Source of the DNA: Haliotis rubra
Taxonomy: Eukaryota
Assembly: GCF_003918875.1 (NCBI RefSeq)
Contig: NW_025764893.1
Coordinates: 186,001-250,000, forward strand
Length of the DNA: 64,000 bases
Reading direction: 5' to 3'
The notes below the pieces were generated by a model that worked only from the letters and a program-made list of their open reading frames with translations, was not told the DNA's origin and ran no database searches. Each line of letters starts with the position of its first letter. Position 1 is the first letter of the stretch. A program made the position numbers and the translations under genes. Positions 1 through 11,200 of the stretch are shown one piece after another.

Positions 1-420
1 GCACTCGCTTCAATATACTGCTTGGGTGGTATTTTGTTCTCAAAAGATAATCAAAGAAACACTGGCCTTGACCTGTTAAAGTATAAACAAGATAAAGTTC
101 CAGTCCGATGAGAGCTTTTATCAGTGTTTTTCGGAGTTACTCCCCTTGTTTACTCTCCCTTGAGTAAAAGTAGAAAAGTACTTTCGTAAAAATATGGATT
201 GTAAAACGAATCTCATCTTTTGAAAGAACCCAATTTCATTCAATGCCCAGAGATAGTATCAAGCAACAACCCATCACTAACATTTTTGTGTCATATATGA
301 CATGCAATGTTATCTTACAATGCAATTTTATAATGTAAAAACCTTCATGTTTCATTTTATGTATTGGTTCTATTGTGGATACCGGTTTTAAATAAACCCA
401 CGCACATTGTAGTTTTCAAA

Positions 421-2973
421 ATGGCTGGAGAAGTTGTTGTAGATGCTTTGCCGTATTTTGATCATGGCTATGACGAGCCCGGTGTACGAGAAGCAGCGAT
501 TGCTTTGGTAGAAGAAGAGACACGGCGATACAGACCAACTAAAAACTATCTTGACTATCTACCGCCACCAAATTACATCGCATTTGAAACAGAAATGATG
601 AAAAATGAATTCGAACGTTTGCAGGTGTGTATAAGTTCCTAAATCATTATTTGCAAGCCAATAAAACTAAAAAAGACCAATTCATAATAGCTATTTTGGA
701 ATGGAACCTTTGACTTTCAAATGGCTAAATTTGACACCCATTTGACGAACCTCCGGGTAAAACATGGTAAAACATTTGCGGAGTTTAATGACTTTTAAGT
801 TCTATGACGAGATTAGGGGAACGCGAAGTGATCACAGATTACTGGGAGAACACATGTTGTCAATGTCATGTAACTATGTACAAAATTATGTTTTTTATCA
901 GTATCCATGTCAGGGCCAGTATGTTTATGTCTATTTCTTATTAGAATCAGTTGACTTTCTGTTGTCAAACCGACCCGACATCAAATTCACCTGAATATTT
1001 TCAACACAGATTGTATCAAATACGCAAAACTCCAGCATATTAAACATGCAGACTTCAAGGGCAAGGGAAAAAACATTTATATCTATGCCTGGGTCTTTGT
1101 CATCACCCTAAATATGAATACCATGGAAGACCTGCAATATTTTTAGCTTTCTTCCCTCACACATCAAGCACACACACCGTGATATGACAGAAATGATGGC
1201 CAAAGTAGTATTAAAACAACTCATTCCCTGAAACACCCAAGCACCCCCATTTAAACAGTGGTCAGGTATGGAGATGTTGACAATATTATTTATTTTGTTA
1301 TAGGCTCGTCTTCCAATGGAAATGATGAACATGAAACGGTATGAACTACCGACCCCAGCAGCAGGTAAAATGACTGACATATCTGCATGGACAGAATGTC
1401 TGGAGAACTCCCAGGCCCAGCTGGAGCACCAAGCTTTGAGAATCCTCAACCTTGATCTCATGCAGGAGTACGGCTCCAGCGCCTGGAAGATGTACAATGG
1501 TGTATTGTCACAAATGTTGGATCAAGCTCAGAAGCAACTCCAGGTGAGCACAGCTTGAATAAGAGGGAAAGTTCAGAAATTGACCTATAATAACTTAAGG
1601 ATATGTACTGCTTAAAAGAAGTTAAGGCCCATCCAAATATTTTATGTTATTATAGTTAATTTTTCACTGCAGTGCATGATTGAGAGAGTACCAGGTAATT
1701 AGGACAGTGTAATATCTAATAGTGATTTAAGATGATTTATAATTATTTACAAAGTTTAGTTTAGGAACATTTTTTTAGCTCAGGCCATAGTGCTGTTGGC
1801 TCCCTGAGAAATGCACAAAAAAAATGAAGTCTCCACAGTTGTGGTGTAAGACAGCCTTGCGTGTTATATGTTCAAGTAATGATCACCTTATCAATGATGT
1901 TGTCGATGGACTATTACTGACATGAGTATTTTTAGTTACCTGAGTTCGTGCTGTCATTTGTCTGTCACAATGTTCATGATATGAAACAATCGCTCAGCAA
2001 GCATATACAAGGAACAGTGGGGGTGAATCAGAAAATTGAAGACAAGAGCCAAACCTTACATTGTTTAATAACATGGTGAAAAAAATAACCATAATCTTTG
2101 TTATTTTGAATGAACAAAACCATCATTTTATGACTAGATAGAAATGATGGTATTATAATCGAAATACTGAATTTTGGGATTGTATTATGGTATACCGAAC
2201 AGAAGGCAAAATACTGCGGTTCTATTAATACCATGGTATACCATTTCAACCCTAAGGAATAGTCTACTCTCAAGTTTGTGGTAACATGGGGGTCCAGTTT
2301 ATCATTGTTTATAGGATCAATATATTTCATACCTGAAGTGTCAGTTACATGCAGTCTACACCATGATGTCCAATCGTGATTTTTTTTATTCATTGCTTTA
2401 CTGGGGCAGTAGGGTAGCCAAGTGGTTAAAGTGTTGGCTCGTTGCGCCGAAGACCTGGGTTCGATTCTGCACATGGGTATCCTGTGTGAAGCCTATTTCT
2501 GGTGTCCCCCGCAGTGATATTGCTAAAAGCGGCATAAAACCACACTCACTCACACACTCATAGCTTTACTGCATCCCACAGGGCTTGCATTGTTATCCTT
2601 GGCGTCTATTTACTGTTTACGTATATACACTTAGCATTCATTTACTGCTTAAGCAGTGTTAAGTGCGTACAGAACACAATATTTGAATCCAGTAAATTTA
2701 TGAAACATGACAGTGTAGCACAATGTAATTGAATTGTTACACCATAAACAATGGATTAAGATATTTGTCTCCTGCATGTTCCAGGACCTGCGTAAGAAGA
2801 TCCAGGAGATCAACTGGCAGCGCAAGAACGAGCAGAGTGTGGCCGGCAGCAAACTGGAGCAGCTAGAGTCAAGCTGGGTGGGCCTGGTCAGTAAGAACTA
2901 CGAGATTGAGCGAGCATGTGCCGAGGTCGAGAAGGAGATCCAGGAGATACAGCAGAGGCAAGGAAAGAGATGA
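421..2973 (+). CDS. BCAS2: Pre-mRNA-splicing factor SPF27 / BCAS2, ~210 aa, 3 coding exons (421-624, 1304-1543, 2785-2973)
   Basis: Translation [44 protein letters not shown]...[23 protein letters not shown]...[15 protein letters not shown] matches the BCAS2 family as I recall it. Both introns are GT-AG, phase 0. Confidence 0.96.
2403..2558 (+). mobile_element. tRNA-derived short SINE, family A (~150 bp), in BCAS2 intron 2; representative of >25 copies
   Basis: A-box (TAGCCAAGTGG), B-box (GGTTCGATTC), shared body and (ACTC)n tail. Other copies at about 3492-3657(-), 7873-8022(-), 8837-9001(-), 9288-9450(-), 10150-10314(-), 10885-11041(-), 17363-17514(-), 29023-29175(+), 35648-35797(-), 37911-38090(-), 45532-45697(+), 59552-59738(+). 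Confidence 0.88.
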
Positions 2974-5618
2974 TGACCTCGACTTGTGCAGGACATTTAT
3001 TGAGGTGGCATAAACAAACTTTGTTGAACAAGAATGACAAAACCTTAGGTGGAAACAGCATCAGGTCACTGTGCCGAAATACCTACGATGATGTGAAGAA
3101 TATATATGGAGGAGATGAGAATTTGTGATTATTTGAAGGATGTTGTATCTCAAAGGGATTGTTCATGGGTTCTTCACTGTCCAGTTAACGATTCCAGGTT
3201 GATGTATTCATTTTGCTCATAATTTTATTCATCCATCATTTGTGCTTTTCGTACATGTCATTTCGTCCTCAGTCCAGTTGTACAAAGCAGTGTTCGTGCT
3301 ACAGTGATCGTAACTTTAGCATAGACAATAGCTGTAATGTTAAGATCTCTTTGTGCAGGTGGACCCTGGAGCATGATTACATTACATCTGAGAGTTCTTT
3401 CATAATATCTCCTGGTATACATCTTGTCATGAAAAACAAAAATCCAATAAAATTCCAAATCTGGTGGCCAAAGTTTAGCTGTACATGGGTAGTGAGTGAG
3501 TGTGTGTAGTTTTACGTCACTTTTAGCAATATTCCAGCAAAATCGTGGTGGGGGACACCAGAAATGGGCTTCACACATTGTACCCATGTGGGGAATCGAA
3601 CCCGGGTCTTCAGCGTGACGAATGAACGCTGTAACCATCAGGCTACCCCACCACCCCGTGTATGGGTAGTACTCACAGGTCAACATAAACTGGATATCTG
3701 CTTGAAATACCTGCTCATCATTTCTCTGTATTGCATTTACTTACAAGTTTCAGTTTAACAAGGCATGTCATGAATAACAACTTCTTTATTATACATGGGC
3801 AGTGGGGTAGGTTAGTGGTTAAAGTGTTAAATTGTCGCATGAAAAAACTCTGCTCGATTCTCCACAATGTGCGCACAATGTGTGAAGGCCCTTTTGGTTG
3901 TCCTTGCCATGATATTGCTGGAATATGGCAAAAACAAAACATGCCAAAAGCAGCATAGAGCCTTACTCACTCAATCACTTTTTTATGCTTACGCATTGCT
4001 TGAGCAGGAAGTCAAATCCTTGAAATTGTTTATCTGTAATGAAGAAATAAAGAGCTGTCATACCATGGACATGTCATCGGTTCCCAATTGCGCAGATCGA
4101 TGCTCATGCTGTTGATCACTGGATTGTCTGGTCCAGATTCGATTATTTACAGACCGCCGCCATATAGCTGGAATATTGCTGGGTGTGGCATAAAACTAAA
4201 CTCACTCACTAATGATACCATGGTTACTTCATATATTTTGGGTGGTTGTATACAATTACACTTTAAGTAAAAAAAACATACAGAATGTGAACATTTGCTA
4301 TACATACACAATGGCGCCTTGTCCATTATTTGTCATGCCAAAGACCCAGGTTTGATTTAATGGCAAGTACATTGTGTGAAACCCATTCCTGGTTTTGATA
4401 TTGCTGGTATATTGCTAAAAACAGCATAAAATCACTCTCACTCACTCACAGTTTACGATGTTGATCTGCACATAATCAGATCTGGATGAGACAATCCAGT
4501 GATTAATATCAATAACCTCCAGCTGTGTAACTAACCTGTCAATCACCCTGACCATTCACATTTCAATGGGTTTTTTTCACTATGTGCTCAGTGGCCTCAC
4601 AAGAACAAGGGGTCACAAATTGGTCTCTGTGACTTAACTTATCATTGAACAACTCACTCACTCACTCACTTGGATCAGAGTGATTTGATTTTTAATCAGT
4701 TGCTGTAATAATGCTGACAAGGCATAACATCCCATGGGCATTAAGCTGTTTCCATGGTATTTGAAGTTTCAGTATGTGATGAGTTGTGGCAAGTGGAAGT
4801 ATCATGGACATGATACATTCATCATATTTTTCATTATTTAACACATGGCTATGCAATAAATATAAATGGTTGCATTTGTTCATTATGCGAATGTCACAAT
4901 AAACATGATAAAACCAAGTTTTCAATGTGTGCATTCATGTTTTCAGCAGATAATATTTAGTGCACCCGTGAAGAGACAGGATAGAATTGGTCTTCAGCAA
5001 CCAATGCTTGTTGTAAGAGGTGACTAACAGGATCGAGTGGTCAGGCTCGCTGACTTGGTTGACACATGTTCCCTCTTACAACAAACTGGGTTGCTGAAGA
5101 TAACTGGCAACCTGAGATGCAGGCATTGTACCACTGTAATGCATCGTCTGTTTACGATTTTGCAGCTTCAGCGAAACTGCGGACATGTATCACAAAACAA
5201 ATGTATGGTCAATCATTCCTATGTGGCATATAGGGCGATGGTGCTGCCTAGAAGAACTCTTTGCATTCTTAACACATGGTGTGACTGATCCAAACAGTAA
5301 CATTTCACTATTTGGATGATGAAATATATCTTTTACAACTAACCATAACGAGATCGGGTGGTCAGACTCGCTGACTTGGTTGACACATGTCATCGATTCC
5401 CAATTGCGCAGATCGATGCTCATGCTGTTGATCACTGGATTATCTGGTCCAGTCTCGATTATTAACAGACCGCCGCCATATAGCTGGGATACTGCTGAAT
5501 GCGGCGTAAAATTAGACTCACTAACCATAAATCTTGTTGGTTGTATTTCTTGAAAGTATTAAAAATAACCCTTTGAACGACGGATATATCTCACACATTG
5601 CAACAAATGAAGATTTTA

Positions 5619-5966
5619 TAGTCGCGACCATTCTGGGTGGACTTAGCACTCATTGATTTTGGGCGGCCGTCTTGCATTTTTCGGAAAATGGGCCCAAAAC
5701 ATCGGGCACATCCCCAAAATATGTTTTATCATGATGTTGCCTAGCACTGTGCAAGGTGTTCTGCTTTAATCCAGCGGGGAAAAGCCACGTAGTGTTAGAA
5801 ACGGAAATCCTTGATTTTTAGCGGCCATCGTGGACTTTTCGGAAAATGGGCCCAATAAATTGGGCACACCCCCAAAATATGTTTTATCATGATATTCCCC
5901 AGCACTTTGCAAAGTTTTATGCTTTAGTCTAGCGTGTCTAAAAATTGGATCTAAGCCACCGCACTA
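5619..5966. mobile_element. Non-autonomous DNA transposon with TAG...CTA ends (Academ-like) and an internal ~160-bp duplication
   Basis: Ends TAGTCGCG / CCGCACTA. The motif TTTTCGGAAAATGGGCCCAA...CCCCAAAATATGTTTTATCATGAT occurs twice. No clear TSD. Confidence 0.45.
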
Positions 5967-6609
5967 ATATAGATTTCAGAACGAATACTTGAGAATAGAA
6001 ATTTCCACTGGTTGATATCTGGTCAGATAAGAGTATACACAGTGACACATTTCACTTAGTCACTCTTGATCCACATCTGCATAAAAAAAACGTCAACTGA
6101 TACGCGGTCAGGGCCGATCCAGAATTCATGATAGATGACCCACTGTGTATGTAGACGTGACTCATAATGGAAACCGGAGTGAAATCCTAAACACCCAGTT
6201 TCGTATTGTTTGTATCTGGGGTAGAAACAGTTTAATCTGACTAGGACAGAGCTGATGTAAGACTAATGGTGTATGTTACATAGCCAGCTTTAACCAAACT
6301 GGGTTTGGTGTTCATCGGTGTCCACCGGTAATTGTGGGTTTGGTGTCCATTTTGTGTCTTGTGTTGATTGGAGGTCCCGTCCTATTGTGGGTCTGGGGTC
6401 AACTTGAGGTCCCGTCCTATTGTGCTATCACCAGGTGGTCCCATCCTGTTGTGTAGGTCTTGTTAAATAGACACCGTGTCCTATTGTGGATCTGGTGTCA
6501 ACAGAAGGCCAGCGTCTATTGAGCTCTATTGTAGATCCAATTCTGTTGCAAGTGGTCCGGTTCTATAGTGCCTGTAAGTCTCGTGAGGCGCTACTTCCTC
6601 TACTAAGCT

Positions 6610-6936
6610 GGCTAGCTATTCTCGAAACTTCTTAAGCCCTACGAACGTCTTAAGCCCATTCTTAACACATTGGCTACGATCAAAGTTAAGAATTCTTAAG
6701 GCTACGCACGTTTCGAGAATAATGACCCTCCCGGTTCCCAGCTCCCATTTTGCGATATGCGAGACGGGGCCGAGCTTACTTCCGGTACCACATTTCCGAT
6801 GACAAGCGTATATTCAAGAACATGGCTAGCTATTCTCGGAACGTTCGTAGCCCTACGAACTTCTTAAGCCCATTCTTAACACATTGGCTACGATCAAAGT
6901 TAAGAAGTCTTAGGGCTGTGAACCTTTCGAGAATAC
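6610..6936. mobile_element. Two tandem copies of a ~115-bp MITE (about 6610-6727 and 6824-6936)
   Basis: Each has TATTCTCG(A/G)AAC...TTTCGAGAATA inverted ends and an identical core. Confidence 0.65.
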
Positions 6937-7262
6937 GTTCTGGTTCCAAATTGCGCGACCACCAGATAGGACTTTTCTAGTCCGGATCAAGTGTACAACC
7001 ATGCTTGGCTGTCACAGCTATTGACAGTTGTAATATTTGGCTGATTTGGGTATGGTTAGACGGATCCTGCAATGCTTATCGGTTCATTACTGTCGACCGA
7101 CAACCATGAGACAATTCGAACAGGTATGAAACGTTGTTTGCCACCGGTAGTCCTGAGGTCTCGCGAAGTGCCGCGACCTACTTACGAGCCCTATTGTTGT
7201 CCCCGACTACTGGAACAGCAGGATTTATTATGGCCTGGTCAGTTTAACTGTCATGAGGTCTG

Positions 7263-7369
7263 TGTCCCGATCCACAATGCGGTCGTAGCGCTACGGCTCC
7301 GTAATCCTAACGTGCGCTATAGAGTTACGACAGGTCGAAACGTTACGAACGCCTTGTGGATCCGGACCC
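7263..7369. mobile_element. Short MITE (Harbinger-like)
   Basis: Inverted ends GTCCCGATCCACAA / TTGTGGATCCGGAC. Confidence 0.55.
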
Positions 7370-8208
7370 AGAAGTCTACTGGAACGGTCTTATATTTCTA
7401 TTTTTCTATTCGGTTATCTATGGGGTCCCAGTGTTCATGAAGACCGTGGATGAAGTGGGGCAGTAACATCTGGTGGAGGTCGCCGTGATATTGCTAAAAA
7501 CGGCGTGAAACCAAAACTCACTCACTCTGGTGGAGGTCAAGCGTTCATTAGAGGTCCAGCGTCTTTAGAGATCCAGTTGTGGCAATAAATAGGAGCACGT
7601 GACTATTTCCACAAAGGTCCAGCATCCACTGTGCCCACGACTCAATTGCGAAAGAGTGAAATCTGTGCGTGTTATGTTTGCGTGACCTCTGTTTAAGATC
7701 GGGTGTATGTGAGATGTTCAAGAGCGAATGGTTCACTGACATTGAGGTCGGGCGTCTATGCTCAATATGTTGCCATGGAGGTCCAGCGTGTATATAGTCC
7801 CGGCTTCTATAGAAGGCATTGGATGTACTGTCATGGAGGTCAAGCGTTACTTGGAAGAGCCGCGTCTATTTGTGAGTGTGTGAGTGAGTATGGTTTAACG
7901 CCACTTTTAGCAATATTCAAGCAATATCACGGCGGGGGTCACTAGCATTGGGTTTCACACATTGTACCCGGTTCTTCGGCGTGACGAGCGAACGCTTTCA
8001 CCACTAGGCTACCCCAACGCCCTACCTCGTCTTTTAGAAGAAATAGGGTATATGATTGATATAATGTTATCAACCAAGAGACCTTGACAAAACATGCCAT
8101 ATCCTCCATCATGTGACCCACATTCAAACTGATAGACAGTGGTATGCTGATCAATACGCCTCCTGTAGATAACAGGCGCGTCTAGATCACCACAATACGC
8201 ACAGCACC

Positions 8209-11200
8209 ATGGAGATGAAGGTGGCAGTATTTTGTCTCAGCGTTGTGCTGATCGCTGGCCACGTCAGTGCACAGACACGTCGCAATGTTCTTCTTGTATA
8301 TGGTGAGTATCGTGTAATGAGGTTTATATCGACAGTAAACATGTGATTTCGGTCGACCAGCGGATCCTGGCACGGTTAAGGTACACAATTGGGGAGACTG
8401 ATTTGTCATGCCTTTGGTCCTTTGAGCACCGCCACTTTCATAGTTTATATCGTTGTCTTCATGCTGATAATGCTGCTGATGGTGTTAAATGCTTCTAAGA
8501 ACAGTTTCTTAATTATGTTACAGTGCGTAAGGGATAAGATCGATAAGTAGTAGTAGTAGTAGAAGTAGTAGCAGCAGAAACAGTAGCAGAATAAGTAGTA
8601 ACAGCAACGGCAGCAGCAGTAGAAGCCGCAGCTGACGCAGCAGTTATGATAATACCAGTAGTTTTAGCGTCATCTGTCGCATTAGCAGCTGTAATTGTAT
8701 CAGTAACTGCAGCACCAGCGCCAGTAGTAGTAGTCGCAGCAGCAGTAGTAGTCACAGCAGCAACGGTAGTAGTAGTCGCAGCAGCAACAGTAGTAGTAGT
8801 GGTAGTAATAGTGGGAGGAGAGCATACAACATATACGTGAGTGAGTGATTTCAGCTTTACGCCGCTTTTAGCAATATTCCAGCAATATCACGGCGAGGGA
8901 CGGCAGAAATGGGCATCACACATTGTACCCATGTGGGGAATCGAACTCCTTTCTTCGGCGTGACGAGCGAACGCTTTACCCACTAGGCTACCCCACCGCC
9001 CGTACAACATACAAACATAGTATGGCTACCTGTAAGTTCAACTGCAGGTGACGATGCCGGGTTCCAGATGGGCGCCTACAACAACACGGCCTGCAAGACG
9101 CCAAACTTCGACAAGCTGGCCGCCAGGAGCGTCGTATTCAAACATGGCTACACCTCCGTTAGTAGCTGCTCGCCCAGCAGGTGAACAAAACGTTACTTTC
9201 TTACAGTCACAGCCGTTACAATGTGCATGTGTAAATCATTAATGTTCAGACGCGTGCATTTAAGGACGCCGTCATACTGAGAAATGGTGAGTGAGTCTGG
9301 TTTTACGTCGCTTTTAGCAATATTCCAGCAATATCATAGCGGGGAACACCAGAAATGGGGTTCACACAGTGTACCCATGTGGGGAATCGAACCCAGGTCT
9401 TCAGCGTGACGATTTGGGTCGCTTTAACCGTTAGGCTACCCCACCGCCCCCATACAGACAAATATTGCTGAGAGTGGCGTTAAAATACAGAGAAATCGAA
9501 AATATATTTTAAAACGTAACCTTGATTTGTCTTCAAATTTGTGTACATTTCGGCCAGTAATGTGTTCGCATGTCTTTGGTTGCCTCGGAAGTAATCTAGA
9601 CGAGGCTCATTGATACGGTCGTGTCAACATTAACCGTTGGTCAATAATAACATATATGTGTCCTTTGCAGGGTGTAGGGAAGTGACCTGAAGGTGTGTTA
9701 CGTCATATTCACTTTTATTGCACGTGTATGCGTGTGCGTGAGTTGGCGCGTTTGTTTTGTTTGTTTGTTGTTTAACGCAGCAATATTCCAGCTATATGAC
9801 GGCGGTCTGTAAATAATCGAGTCTGAACCAGACAATCCAGTGATCAACACCATGAGCATCGACCTACGCAATTGGGATGCGATGACATGTGTCAACCAAG
9901 TCAGCGAGCCTGACCACCCGATCCCCTTAGTCACCTCAAGCATCGGGTGCTGAATATTAATTCGAACCCGGATCTTCACGAGTCGTTATATTAGTCCGAA
10001 ATAATACTGCTTTGCTGAGCGGGCTCACTTACATTCCATGAAACGGCTTAACACGTTTAAACCGCCATTAAAAGTATGGGGTCATCCATACACTAACCCC
10101 AGGTAGAGTTTAGGCTACCATTATTACTACTCCGTTGGGCCGACTGAAATGAGTGAGTGAGTTGGGTTTTACGCCGCCTTCAGCAATATTCCAGCATTAT
10201 CACGACAGGGGACATCAGAAATGGGCTTCACACATCGTTCCGATGTTGAGAGTCGAACCTAGGTCTTCGGTGTGACAAGCGGACGCTTTAATCACTAGGC
10301 TATCCCACCGCCCCCGACTAAATTGAACCCTGGGTGATTACATGTTCCGTAGTCTTCCTACCCTCCATGCTGTTGAGTTGTACTCTTTCTATCAACCACT
10401 GGTTTGCCTGACCACGACACGGCTACTCACTGCCCGCCGTGATATAGCGTGATAAGGGAAGACGGCGGCGCAAAACACTATTCACTGACTCAAAACACGT
10501 GTGTTCATCTTAGGTCCGTGTTGCTGACTGGCCTCCCTCAGCACCAGAACGGGATGTTTGGCTTACATCAAGATCCGCACCATTTCAACAGTATGGACAC
10601 AGTCCGGGCACTTCCTACCATCCTCGGCCAAGCTGGGATCAGAACAGGTACGCAATCCCACAAAGGCGTCACCATAGCAACGGGAGATCAACACCTTAGA
10701 GTGTTCAGTTCCTAAATCATATAGAGCGCTTCACAAATTTTGTATATTATTTAATTATTAGCACTATCAATCAACTTTACTAATGTGATGCGACTGGACA
10801 TAGATTAGCTATATTTCATTCATATTATCATATTCCCTCACCCGATTATCATATAATATATGTTTGTTTTATGTGGGAGAGAGGGAGTTTAGTTTTACGC
10901 CGCTTTTAACAATATTCCAGCAATATCATGGCGGGGAACACCAGAAATGGGCTTCACATATTGTACCCATGTGGTAAAATCGAACCCGGGCTTTCGGCGT
11001 GACGAATGAACGCTTTAACCACTTGGCTACCCCACCACCCCTTTGTTTTATGTATCTCTCCTGGGGGCTACGCATCGCCACTTTAGCCCAGCGGATAAGT
11101 GATCAAATTGTGCACTTTGTGTTACAAGCATGACATTTGGCATGATTGTAGCTTATACCGTTCTTCTTAAATAAAGATCGAGAGGCCTCGCAGATTTTTT

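Noticed and set aside
364-420. N-terminal extension of BCAS2 from the TTG start in the ORF track
   Set aside because: The conserved protein starts at ATG 421 in good Kozak context (AAAATGG).
8513-8840. Ala/Thr/Val-rich ORFs (also 19155-19554)
   Set aside because: Trinucleotide microsatellite within SGSH intron 1.
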